Origin: Ardenticatenia bacterium
Lineage (GTDB): Bacteria > Chloroflexota > Anaerolineae > Aggregatilineales > JALXEW01
Assembly: GCA_027069285.1 (NCBI GenBank)
Contig: JALXEW010000258.1
Location: forward strand, 1-40,823
Direction: 5' to 3'
DNA: 40,823 nt
This document shows, piece by piece, positions 1 through 8,774 of the stretch (position 1 is its first letter; every line of letters begins with the position of its first letter). Under the pieces are notes generated by a model, which was given only the letters and a program-made list of their open reading frames with translations, searched no databases and was not told where the DNA came from. Both the position numbers and the translations under genes were made by a program.

Positions 1-1805
1 CCCCCACACCGGCCCCGCTGGTGCCCATGCGCATCATCCACCTGGGAACCGGGATCGGGCCGATCGACATCTACCTGGACGGCACCCTGCTCGTACAGGG
101 ATTGCCGTATACCTACAACACCGGGTACGCAGACGTGGCGGCAGGCAACCACACCATGCGCGTCCTGGAAGCCGGAGCGCCGCGAGATTCGGACGCGCTG
201 ATCGAGACCACCATCTCGCCGGAACCCGGCCAGACCATCACCGCCACCCTGATGTCACAGGACGACACACCGCAGATCACCCTCTTCACCGATCCAACCG
301 AGCCGCTACCGGCGCACCTGGCACGCATCTCCCTGATCAACGCCACGAACATGCGCTCCCTTTCCCTGCGCGGGATAGACGGAGAACCCCTGGTCGGCCC
401 TGCGGGTCCGGGGGAAGAGGATAACCGCGAGATATGGGCCGGCAAATACGACCTGTGGCTCTTCAACGGCGATAGACCGACCGACTTCCGGCTGGAAGAC
501 GAGGAACTGGACGGCAACCGCGTCTACACATTCATCCTGGCCGGCTCCGAAAGAGACCTGCAACTGGTACGCCTGGAATCCCCATCCGAACCGATGGCAT
601 ATATAAGAATCGCACACGTGGCCGATACCGTCCCCGCTCTGGACTTTTACCTGGATGGCGAACTAAGCGCCCAACTGGACTATCAGGGAGCCACCGAATA
701 CATACCGGTCGAACCGGGGCCACACCGGATTCAGGGATACGCCCGCGACGCTCGCCCGGAAGAAGCGCCCGTACTGATGGAAAGCTCCCTGGGCCTGGCC
801 GACGATCAGGCCGTGACACTGGTAGCAGTTGACACACTTGACGGAGTGGACATCCTGACCTTTGAAGACGACCTCTCGCCGACCGGCAGGGATAAAGCCA
901 GGCTCACATTCGTCAACACAGTGCCCGACGCACCGGCATTCAACGTCCTGGAAGACGGCCAGGTGGTCGATGACATGACCCTGATCCCATTTCGGCGAGA
1001 AGGCCCCACAGTCGAGCTGGATGCCGGAGTCCATAACCTGCAGGCGATCCAACCGGATGCACAAACAATAATGGCCGACATGCCCGCCTTCAACCTGGTC
1101 GCCGGGCGGAGCTACCTGGTACTGGTGACCGGAGACTGGGATAACGAACCGCAAATGCATCCGGTGATCGTAGACTCCGAAGTCGGGCGAGAACCCCTAG
1201 GCCCCCATAGGGCCATGATCCGGCTGATGCACGCCGCATACGGCGTGCCGCCGGTGGACTTCTACCTGGGAGACCGCAGACTGGTATACCGGCTGGAATA
1301 CGGCCAGGGCACCGAATACATCACAGTATCGCTGGATTCGTTACAGCTGCGAGCGATCAACTCCGGCGGCGAACCGGATGCGGAAGCCGTGTGGGAAAGC
1401 GAACTCCCACTGGCCGAAAACGAAGCGATCACAGTCTACCTGCTGGATACCGTCGAGGGAACCGACGCGATAGTGACACACGATTCGCCCGAGCCACCAT
1501 CGGGCCAGATGGCCTCGGTAACCCTGATCTCACTGGTGCCGGAAGTGGAAGCAGTGAGCCTGCGCGATAGGCGTAACTCCCGATTCCTGATAGAGAACGT
1601 GCCATACGGCCAACCATCCGAACCGCTATACCTGCGGGCAGCCGACTACAGATTCCTGGACGTCGTGAGCGCCGCAGATGGCTCACTGGTGACCGAACTG
1701 GGCGAGCTCCGGGTGGAGGGCGGGACAAGCTACACCTGGATAGTGATCGGCCACATAGGCGGGGAACCGACCCCTCACGTAGTGCAACTGGGCCACCGTC
1801 CCTGA
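1..1805 (+). CDS. DUF4397 repeat protein, probably cell-surface; likely 5'-truncated by the window edge
   Basis: The frame stays open from the left edge, with no stop upstream of the GTG at 21. Six tandem units have alternating signatures, e.g. MRIIHLGTGIGPIDIYLDG, AYIRIAHVADTVPALDFYLDG, AMIRLMHAAYGVPPVDFYLGD versus ARISLINATN, ARLTFVNTVPDAP, ASVTLISLVPE. This is typical of DUF4397. PT-like residues at the very start look like a linker. Confidence 0.8.
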   Translation, partial: PTPAPLVPMRIIHLGTGIGPIDIYLDGTLLVQGLPYTYNTGYADVAAGNHTMRVLEAGAPRDSDALIETTISPEPGQTITATLMSQDDTPQITLFTDPTEPLPAHLARISLINATNMRSLSLRGIDGEPLVGPAGPGEEDNREIWAGKYDLWLFNGDRPTDFRLEDEELDGNRVYTFILAGSERDLQLVRLESPSEPMAYIRIAHVADTVPALDFYLDGELSAQLDYQGATEYIPVEPGPHRIQGYARDARPEEAPVLMESSLGLADDQAVTLVAVDTLDGVDILTFEDDLSPTGRDKARLTFVNTVPDAPAFNVLEDGQVVDDMTLIPFRREGPTVELDAGVHNLQAIQPDAQTIMADMPAFNLVAGRSYLVLVTGDWDNEPQMHPVIVDSEVGREPLGPHRAMIRLMHAAYGVPPVDFYLGDRRLVYRLEYGQGTEYITVSLDSLQLRAINSGGEPDAEAVWESELPLAENEAITVYLLDTVEGTDAIVTHDSPEPPSGQMASVTLISLVPEVEAVSLRDRRNSRFLIENVPYGQPSEPLYLRAADYRFLDVVSAADGSLVTELGELRVEGGTSYTWIVIGHIGGEPTPHVVQLGHRP

Positions 1806-1809
1806 AGGA

Positions 1810-3006
1810 CTACCTCTTCTCCGCATCCACGGGGACAGTGGCGGTGACAGTAGTGCCCTGATTAGGCACCGAGCGCACCCCCAACCTGCCGCCGATGGCA
1901 CTGGCCCTCAGGGCCATATTGGAAAGCCCGTGGCCGACCACAGGCTCCTGCACATCGGCGTCGAAACCGACCCCATCATCGCGAACGGTGAGGATGATAT
2001 GGCGTCCCTTGCGCCTGAGGCTCACCTCCAGGTGAGATGCCATCGCATGGCGGGCGGCATTCGCCAGTGCCTCCTGAGCTATATGGAATAACGCGGTGGC
2101 GGCATCGGCGCTCAAATAACGATCTACGCCCGGAGCGACCTCCAGGCGTATATCGGCGAGCGTATTGGCGCGGAACTCCTCGACCAACTGCTCCAGGCTC
2201 CCAACCAGATCATCCGCACGGAGCCTTTGAGGGCGCAGGTCAAGTATATACGTGCGTATATCCTGGATAATATGGTTCAGCCCGTCAATGCCCATCGAGA
2301 TATACTCACGGGCCTTATCCGGATCATCGTCCATAAGCCGGCGTCCGTGTTCCAAAGTCAGGCCGACGGCGTAAATGGACTGGATGATCCCATCGTGCAA
2401 ATCCATCCCGATCCGTTCCCTCTCCTCCAGGATCGCCATGCGCTGGACCTGTTGATACAACCGGGCGTTCTCGATAGCCACAGCGGCATGAGCCGCCAGC
2501 ATCTCGATCATATGCTGGTCTATATCATCGAACTCATCGCCGCCGATCTTATTAGTGATGTAGAGCCTTCCCAGCAACTCCCCGCGTGCCAATATAGGGA
2601 CGCTAAGCAGAGACGTCATCACCGGGTGATTTTCGCAAAACCCAGCAGAGCGTGGATGTTGGCGCAGATCTCGCAACCTTATCGGCTGCTTACTTTCCAG
2701 GAGTGCGCCCAGCAGCCCCTTACCTTCCGGACGAGTGCCGATAGCGGCCACCTCATCATCGGTCAACCCGGAGACCAGGAACTGCTCTACCTCGCCGGTG
2801 GGGCCGGGGATGATGAGCGCAGCATAGCGAGCGCCGGCCAGATCGCGTGCCAGGTGGACTGTTTTTTGCAGCACGCGAGAAAGCGAAAGCTCCGATGTCA
2901 GAGCCAACGCGGCCTCGTGGATCGCCTCCAGAGGCCGAACACGGGCACGAGACGCTCCGGCGGTGGACATGAGATGGGCTGTCTTCCGTCCTCTGGCCTT
3001 TTCCAA
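1810..3006 (-). CDS. Cytoplasmic GAF-domain sensor histidine kinase (HisKA_3/NarL-partner type)
   Basis: GAF-like N-terminal half. H-box ERERIGMDLHDGIIQSIY. HATPase_c boxes EALANAARHA, DDGVGF, GHGLSNM. No TM segment. The start is TTG at 3006 or ATG at 2970. No response regulator lies next to it. Confidence 0.85.
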   Translation of the reverse strand: MEKARGRKTAHLMSTAGASRARVRPLEAIHEAALALTSELSLSRVLQKTVHLARDLAGARYAALIIPGPTGEVEQFLVSGLTDDEVAAIGTRPEGKGLLGALLESKQPIRLRDLRQHPRSAGFCENHPVMTSLLSVPILARGELLGRLYITNKIGGDEFDDIDQHMIEMLAAHAAVAIENARLYQQVQRMAILEERERIGMDLHDGIIQSIYAVGLTLEHGRRLMDDDPDKAREYISMGIDGLNHIIQDIRTYILDLRPQRLRADDLVGSLEQLVEEFRANTLADIRLEVAPGVDRYLSADAATALFHIAQEALANAARHAMASHLEVSLRRKGRHIILTVRDDGVGFDADVQEPVVGHGLSNMALRASAIGGRLGVRSVPNQGTTVTATVPVDAEKR

Positions 3007-3112
3007 CTAAACTATAACGCACAGCACCGTGTCCGGCAACACAGATAGGGCGAAAGGCCCCGGCGCGGTAGGGGCGGGTGGCCCGCGCGCGGTGGGCATC
3101 TTGGGGAAGTGC

Positions 3113-3141
3113 TTGACAAGGGGCGTGAGCGGGTGTATACT
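3113..3141 (+). promoter_or_regulatory. Sigma-70-type promoter of the LacI/glycan operon
   Basis: TTGACA (3113-3118), a 17-nt spacer, then TATACT (3136-3141). Confidence 0.6.
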
Positions 3142-3151
3142 GGTCGTAGTT

Positions 3152-3165
3152 TGAGAGCGCTCCCA
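3152..3165. promoter_or_regulatory. LacI-family operator O1
   Basis: TGAGAGCGCTCCCA is a 14-bp pseudo-palindrome with a central CG and 6 of 7 arm positions symmetric. It fits the LacI-family TGnnnnCGnnnnCA layout and lies just downstream of the -10. Confidence 0.6.
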
Positions 3166-3224
3166 CGGCGCCCTCAGAGAAAACGGGCCAAAACGGCGCT
3201 TTTTAGCCTTTTTGACGGTGATTT

Positions 3225-3238
3225 TGAGAGCGCTCCCA
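3225..3238. promoter_or_regulatory. LacI-family operator O2 (identical copy)
   Basis: The exact same 14-mer TGAGAGCGCTCCCA ends 2 nt before the lacI-family ATG. It is 73 bp centre-to-centre from O1. Confidence 0.6.
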
Positions 3239-3240
3239 CA

Positions 3241-4269
3241 ATGGGCCGCAAACTAAACCTGGAAGATATAGCAAAACTGGCCGGCGTCTCACGCTCCACC
3301 GTCTCCCGCGTCATCAACGGCCACCCAAACGTCAGCCCCGAAACCCGCCGCCGCGTCCTCGACGTGATCGCCCGCGAGAACTTCCAGCCAAACCCCGCAG
3401 CTCGCACCCTCGTCACCAGCAGAACCCAGGTACTGGGCATCATCACACCCCAGGCCGCCACCAGCATCTTCACAGACCCGTACTTCCCCACCCTGATACA
3501 AGGCGTCACCCGCGTGGCAAACCAACACGACTATGCCGTCATGCTCTGGCTGGCCAACACCGGCGAGGATGCCGACCCGCTCTACCGGCGGATACTCGGA
3601 AGCCGGCTGATGGACGGGGTGGTAGTGGCCTCGGTAGTTGACGGCGACCCATTAATCCCACAGCTCATAGAGCGGGACTTCAACTTCGTGGTAGTCGGGC
3701 GGCCCACCTTCGACAACCTCAACTACGTGGACGTGGATAACCGCCGTGCGGCCAGAATCGCCGTCGAGCACCTGATCCGGCTGGGCCGGCGCAGAATCGG
3801 CACCATCACCGGCAGACTGGATATGGTTGCCGGTCAGGACAGGCTGAACGGCTACAAAGACGCCCTACTCGCATCCGGCCTACCGGTCGAGCCAGAGCTA
3901 ATAGCAGAAGGAGACTTCAGCGAGGCATCGGGTTACGTCGGCATGAAAGCGCTCCTGGAACGGGGCGTTGACGGCGTCTTCGCCGCCAACGACGTGATGG
4001 CCATCAGCGCCATGCGGGCCATCCGCGAGCACGGCCTGAGCATACCGGGTGACATCGCCCTGGTCGGATTCGACGACCTGCCGATGGCATCTGCCGTCAC
4101 ACCCGCGCTCACCACCGTCCGGCAGCCCATATCCCGGCTGGGCGAAATGGCAACCGAGGCACTGATCAGACTGATCGAAGGCCAACTCTCAACCCCCTAC
4201 CAGGCGATCCTGCCGACGCAACTGGTCATACGCGACTCGTGCGGTGCGGTCACCCGCACGGGAAGATAA
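3241..4269 (+). CDS. LacI family transcriptional regulator
   Basis: N-terminal HTH LEDIAKLAGVSRSTVSRVING followed by a periplasmic-binding-protein-like sugar-binding core. The track ORF start at 3109 would include the promoter and operators, so ATG 3241 is preferred. Confidence 0.9.
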   Translation: MGRKLNLEDIAKLAGVSRSTVSRVINGHPNVSPETRRRVLDVIARENFQPNPAARTLVTSRTQVLGIITPQAATSIFTDPYFPTLIQGVTRVANQHDYAVMLWLANTGEDADPLYRRILGSRLMDGVVVASVVDGDPLIPQLIERDFNFVVVGRPTFDNLNYVDVDNRRAARIAVEHLIRLGRRRIGTITGRLDMVAGQDRLNGYKDALLASGLPVEPELIAEGDFSEASGYVGMKALLERGVDGVFAANDVMAISAMRAIREHGLSIPGDIALVGFDDLPMASAVTPALTTVRQPISRLGEMATEALIRLIEGQLSTPYQAILPTQLVIRDSCGAVTRTGR

Positions 4270-4410
4270 CACCGATAACAAGGAGGTGATGAGCAGCCAA
4301 TAAGAACCCGGGCCGAAGCCAAACGGCCCCTACACGCGAGTTTTTCAAATTCGGCGCCTTGCCGCAGATAAAAGTGCCTGCCTTCTTTAATGCGTTTCGG
4401 AGGGATTAAG

Positions 4411-5772
4411 ATGAAGCGCAACTTTTGGTCAGCAGTAGCCGTCCTGGTCGTGACGGGGATACTTGCCGCAGGAAGCGGCGCAGCCCTGGCCCAGGACGAG
4501 ATCACCCTCACCATCTGGATCATGCCCAACGGCCCCGACCCGATGGGCGCGATCACCCAAGAGATCGAGGCCTTCGAGGCAGATCACCCCGGCGTGAACG
4601 TCGAAGCCGAAGTTCTGGACTGGGGTTCGGCCTGGACGCGAATCACCACCGCCGCCGTCTCCGGTGAAGGCCCGGACGTGAGCCAGCTGGGCACCACCTG
4701 GGTCGCCGCGATCGACGCATTTGGCGCATTGCGACCCTTCACCGAGGAAGAGATCGCGGCCATGGGCGGGCCTTCCAACTTCGTCCCGCCGTCCTGGGCC
4801 ACCACCATCCCGGTCGGCAAAATCAGCCCGGTCGCCGTGCCCTGGTTCGTGGACGTGCGGGCCATGATCTACCGCGCCGACATCTTCGAGGAGCTGGGAA
4901 TAGACCCAGATGAAGCCTTTGCCGATTGGGATAGCTTCGACGCCACACTCGCCCAGATCATGGACGCCGGCCTGACCACCACAACCGCCGACGGCGAGGA
5001 GGTCCCCATTTACGCATTCGCCTTCCCCGGCAAGAACGACTGGAACGTGCTCCACAACTTCGCCCCCTGGGTCTGGGGCGCCGGCGGCGACATCCTGAAC
5101 GCCACCTATACCGAAGCCGTCTTCAACTCCCCGGCGGCAATGGAAGGGGTTGAATTCTACACCAGCCTCTATACCAAAGGCTACACCCCACCCGACGCCC
5201 TCGAGCTGAACAGCGCCCAGATCGAGGGGCTTTACGCCGAGGGCCGCGTCGCCATGGTAGTCTCCGGGCCGTGGATCGTCCTCAACTCCCGAACCGACCC
5301 CGAAAACGGCGGCTTTGCCGGATCGCCCGCAGCCGAAAACCTGGCCGTGGCACAGATCCCCGCAGGCCCCGCCGGGCGCTACACCTTCGTTGGCGGCTCC
5401 GACCTGACCGTTTGGAACTCCAGCGAGCACCAGGACCTGGCGGTCGAGCTGGTGCAGTACCTGGTCTCCGCCGAGAGCCAGGTCCGCTACTGCTCCAACA
5501 TCAGTATGCTGCCCGCCGTAGTCGAGGCACTGGAAGACCCGTACTTCGCCGAAGACCCGGCCTATAGCGTCTTCATCGAAGCGATGGATAACGGGCGCAG
5601 CTACCCGACCATCCCCGCCTGGGGGCCGATCGAGACCGTCATGGTCACCAACCTCGGCGCCCTATGGGACGATGTAGCCGGCGTCAACGGCCCGTTTGAC
5701 CCAGAAACCATGATCCCCGCCCGGCTGGATGCCGCCGTGGAGGAAGTCAACAACGTCCTGGCCCAGCAGTAA
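4411..5772 (+). CDS. Sugar ABC transporter substrate-binding protein (family 1 extracellular solute-binding)
   Basis: Signal/anchor MKRNFWSAVAVLVVTGILAAGSGAALA. GGAGG sits 7-8 nt upstream of ATG 4411. Typical SBP_bac_1 length and motifs, e.g. QLGTTW and PWFVDVRA. Confidence 0.9.
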   Translation: MKRNFWSAVAVLVVTGILAAGSGAALAQDEITLTIWIMPNGPDPMGAITQEIEAFEADHPGVNVEAEVLDWGSAWTRITTAAVSGEGPDVSQLGTTWVAAIDAFGALRPFTEEEIAAMGGPSNFVPPSWATTIPVGKISPVAVPWFVDVRAMIYRADIFEELGIDPDEAFADWDSFDATLAQIMDAGLTTTTADGEEVPIYAFAFPGKNDWNVLHNFAPWVWGAGGDILNATYTEAVFNSPAAMEGVEFYTSLYTKGYTPPDALELNSAQIEGLYAEGRVAMVVSGPWIVLNSRTDPENGGFAGSPAAENLAVAQIPAGPAGRYTFVGGSDLTVWNSSEHQDLAVELVQYLVSAESQVRYCSNISMLPAVVEALEDPYFAEDPAYSVFIEAMDNGRSYPTIPAWGPIETVMVTNLGALWDDVAGVNGPFDPETMIPARLDAAVEEVNNVLAQQ

Positions 5773-5791
5773 GGGCCATTCGCATAAGGTC

Positions 5792-5820
5792 GTGCCGGTG
5801 GGGCAAACCCCTGCCGGCAC
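5792..5820 (+). other. Intercistronic GC-rich stem-loop between the SBP and permease genes
   Basis: GTGCCGG(T)GGGG-CAAA-CCCC(TG)CCGGCAC gives about 11 bp of pairing with no T-tract. It has the position typical of mRNA-stabilising hairpins after ABC binding-protein genes. Confidence 0.5.
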
Positions 5821-5841
5821 GGCCAACCCAGGAGGCGAGGG

Positions 5842-6798
5842 ATGAGCGTAGTCGGCCTTCGTCCGTTCTTCAGGCGGGTTTACCGGTACCGCCTGGCATA
5901 TCTCATGATCCTGCCCACTGCACTCCTGATGCTGACCGTCCACTTCATGCCCAGCATCGAGGGCTTCATCATGTCGATGCTCAAGCTGAATCAATTCACA
6001 CTCCGGTACTTCCTGCGAGCGCCGTTCATCGGGCTGGAAAATTACCGCTCCATCCTCACCGATCCGGGCAACCCGGTTGTGGCGGGCATCACCGGAGCGG
6101 CCCGCAATACCCTATTTTACACCATCGTGGTCAACATCGGAACCCTCGGGCTTGGACTGGTACTCGCACTACTACTTAACCGGCGGTTTCCGGGCCGACG
6201 CCTGGCAAGGACATTAGTGCTTCTGCCGTGGGTGGTGCCCACCTATGCCGTTGGCCTGCTCTGGGGCGCGATGTGGCTCCGGGAATCCGGCGTCATCAAC
6301 ATGATCCTGGTCGACTGGCTACACCTCCTCAGAGAACGGCCCTTCTGGCTCATCGGCCCGAATGCGTTCTGGGCCGTCGTCATCCCCACCATATGGCGCT
6401 TCCTGCCGTTCAACACCATCATGATCCTCGCCGGCCTGCAAGTGATCCCCGATGAACTTTATGAGGCCGCCTCGATCGACGGCGCGTCGGCCTTCCAGCG
6501 ATTCCGTTATATCACCGTACCGCTGCTGATGCCCGTATTGGCGATCATGCTGCTTTGGGGCGTGATCTTCACCGCGTTTGGCTACAACATCGTGATCATG
6601 ATGTTCGGCAACGGCGGCGGATTCCCAGGCGAATACGCCGACCTTTTGATGCCGGCCATCACCCGCCAATCGTTCGGGCTATGGCAATTCGGGTTGGGCG
6701 CTGCGGCCTCGATCCTGATGATGCTCTTTATGATGATATTCGTTGCCATCTGGCTCCGAGTCTTCCGCAACGTCCTGACCCAGGAGGGGAGTCTGTGA
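5842..6798 (+). CDS. Sugar ABC transporter permease (MalF/UgpA-like)
   Basis: Six predicted TM segments and an EAA-type loop (ELYEAASIDGASAFQRFRYITVPLL). AGGAGG sits upstream of ATG 5842. Confidence 0.9.
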   Translation: MSVVGLRPFFRRVYRYRLAYLMILPTALLMLTVHFMPSIEGFIMSMLKLNQFTLRYFLRAPFIGLENYRSILTDPGNPVVAGITGAARNTLFYTIVVNIGTLGLGLVLALLLNRRFPGRRLARTLVLLPWVVPTYAVGLLWGAMWLRESGVINMILVDWLHLLRERPFWLIGPNAFWAVVIPTIWRFLPFNTIMILAGLQVIPDELYEAASIDGASAFQRFRYITVPLLMPVLAIMLLWGVIFTAFGYNIVIMMFGNGGGFPGEYADLLMPAITRQSFGLWQFGLGAAASILMMLFMMIFVAIWLRVFRNVLTQEGSL

Positions 6799-7691
6799 TG
6801 GCCGCCACAACATCCGGCCTGGAGACGGTGCAAAATCGGCTTTCCGCCATAACCCTATATCAGCTCAGGCGCTGGGCACTGGAGCGATTGGCCGACCTGC
6901 TCCTCATAACCCTGATAATCCTGATGCTCTTCCCCATATTCTGGATGGTGGTCACCTCGTTCAAAACCAACGCCGAGATCACCTCAAACGTACTATGGCC
7001 ATCGGAGCTACAACTCCGAAACTACATCGACCTGTGGGATACGGTCAACTTCGGCCTCTACTATAGGAACAGCCTGATCATCTGCTCGACCACCACGGTG
7101 ATAGCGACATTATTCGCCACCCTGGCAGGTTACGCCCTGGCCCGGTTCCGGTTCCCCGGCTCGAACATCTTCAGCGTGGCCGTGGTCGGCACGCAACTGA
7201 TACCCGGCATTATGATGATGTTGCCGCTTTACCTGACCTTCCGCGAGGTCACGCGCATCACCGGCATACAGATAATCGGCACCCAGGGCGGGCTGATCCT
7301 GCTATACACCGGCTTCTACATCCCGCTGAGCCTCTGGATCGTGCGCGGGTTCTTCGCCGCCATCCCGCCCGACCTGGAAGAGGCGGCCCTGATCGACGGG
7401 GCAACCAGATTCGGCGCATTCTGGCGGATCGCGCTCCCCCTGGCACGACCGGGGATAGTGGCGACGGCCATCTACGTCTTCCTGACGGCGTGGGATGAGC
7501 TATTCTTCGCCTGGGTGATGGACGTGCAGACCATCCCGGTTGGCATCCGGCTCTACGTGGGCCAGTACGCCAACCGATTCGACCTGATGATGGCGGCAGC
7601 AGTCGTGGTCACACTACCGGTACTGATCGTATTCTTCCTGCTGCAAAAACACATGATCAGCGGCCTGACGGCAGGAGCGGTCAAGGGGTGA
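6798..7691 (+). CDS. Sugar ABC transporter permease (MalG/UgpE-like)
   Basis: The ATG at 6798 overlaps the upstream TGA (GTGATG). EAA loop LEEAALIDGATRFGAFWRIALPL. The track ORF start at 6555 is an out-of-gene extension. Confidence 0.9.
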   Translation: MAATTSGLETVQNRLSAITLYQLRRWALERLADLLLITLIILMLFPIFWMVVTSFKTNAEITSNVLWPSELQLRNYIDLWDTVNFGLYYRNSLIICSTTTVIATLFATLAGYALARFRFPGSNIFSVAVVGTQLIPGIMMMLPLYLTFREVTRITGIQIIGTQGGLILLYTGFYIPLSLWIVRGFFAAIPPDLEEAALIDGATRFGAFWRIALPLARPGIVATAIYVFLTAWDELFFAWVMDVQTIPVGIRLYVGQYANRFDLMMAAAVVVTLPVLIVFFLLQKHMISGLTAGAVKG

Positions 7692-7694
7692 GTG

Positions 7695-8720
7695 ATGAGG
7701 GTACCTGTCATCGGCGCCATAACCGTCGGCCTGATGGCCGCCACGGCAGCCGTGGCGGGAACGCCATCACCCACGCCGACACCCGGCCCGGACGTTCTGC
7801 CCGGAGACGCCGACATCCTGCTGCCGGAATCCGGTGTGCTGCACGGGGTGTTCCTGCCGGGCCATCCGCTCGTCACGCCGGAGGATGTTGACGAGTACGC
7901 CGACATGGTTGGGCTTCGCCCGGCCATACAATTGCTGTTCTTCGACTGGACGTACCGGACATGGGATGAGGTGGAGCGCCAGATAGAGGCGGGTGCGCCG
8001 GACATGACATACGTGGTGACGTGGGAGCCGCGCGTCTTCCCAAATAGCAACGTGCTCAATGACATAGCAAGCGGCTCGCAGGACCGCATAATCCGCTACT
8101 TTGCCGAGGGCGCCCGTGACTACGGGGAGCCGATCTTCTTACGGTTCGGCCACGAGATGAACGGGGATTGGTATCCCTGGTCGGGAGCCTGGAACGGGCG
8201 CGAGCCGGAGCGTTACATCACGGCCTGGCGCCACGTGCACGACATCTTCAACGAGGTTGGCGCCGATAACGTCATATGGGTATGGGCGCCGAACGCATGG
8301 AGCGTGCCCAACGAGCCGTGGAACGCCCTGGAGAATTACTACCCCGGCGATGAGTATGTTGATTGGGTCGGCGTTGACTTTTACGGCCTCATGGCCGGAT
8401 GGGGGCGCAACGATCCAGGGCCGGCGATAGACCGGGTATACCGGCTTTACGGCGACCGTAAGCCGATCATGATCGCGGAGACCGCAGCAGCCGATTCGAC
8501 CCATTCCGACCCGGCATACGGCATGACACGCGCCGAATGGATAAACGCCCTTTTCGACGCGATCGAGGCCAGGCCCAACGTCCGGGCGTTCATCTGGTTC
8601 AACATAGATAAGGAAGCGGACTGGCGTGTCGAGGCCGATCCAGAGTCGCTGGCCACGTTCCGCGACCGACTGCTCGGCGGGCCGTATCTGGATTCCGCCC
8701 CGACCGGAGCGCAGGAGTGA
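7695..8720 (+). CDS. Secreted glycoside hydrolase family 26 (beta-mannanase-like)
   Basis: Signal peptide plus a PT stretch (AAVAGTPSPTPTPGP). GH26 acid/base motif FGHEMNGDWYPWSG. Putative nucleophile region IMIAETAA. A GTG at 7692 is an alternative start. Confidence 0.8.
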   Translation: MRVPVIGAITVGLMAATAAVAGTPSPTPTPGPDVLPGDADILLPESGVLHGVFLPGHPLVTPEDVDEYADMVGLRPAIQLLFFDWTYRTWDEVERQIEAGAPDMTYVVTWEPRVFPNSNVLNDIASGSQDRIIRYFAEGARDYGEPIFLRFGHEMNGDWYPWSGAWNGREPERYITAWRHVHDIFNEVGADNVIWVWAPNAWSVPNEPWNALENYYPGDEYVDWVGVDFYGLMAGWGRNDPGPAIDRVYRLYGDRKPIMIAETAAADSTHSDPAYGMTRAEWINALFDAIEARPNVRAFIWFNIDKEADWRVEADPESLATFRDRLLGGPYLDSAPTGAQE

Positions 8721-8774
8721 CGGGACTCGCCCCATCCCGTTATCGGTTCCCGTGCGTCACGGAGGGGACGCCAG

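Noticed and set aside
3109-3240. N-terminal extension of the LacI ORF; the same applies to 25003-25074 for fadR and 6555-6797 for the second permease
   Set aside because: The extensions contain the promoters and operators or the preceding gene's coding sequence. Family-typical N-termini begin at the downstream ATGs.
4280-4303. Mini-ORF ATG AGC AGC CAA TAA preceded by AAGGAGG just after the lacI-family stop (possible leader peptide)
   Set aside because: The SD-to-ATG spacing is only 2 nt, the ORF is 4 codons long, and there is no attenuator-like structure tied to it. It is most likely chance.
4429-5430. Long antisense ORFs: 4429-5430(-), 2227-3048(+), 20344-21234(+), 31483-32226(+), 34388-35161(+), 35008-35706(+), 8139-9070(-)
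   Set aside because: Their composition is low-complexity and rich in Arg, Pro and Gly. Each lies entirely opposite a gene with clear family motifs. These are the usual shadow frames of GC-rich DNA.
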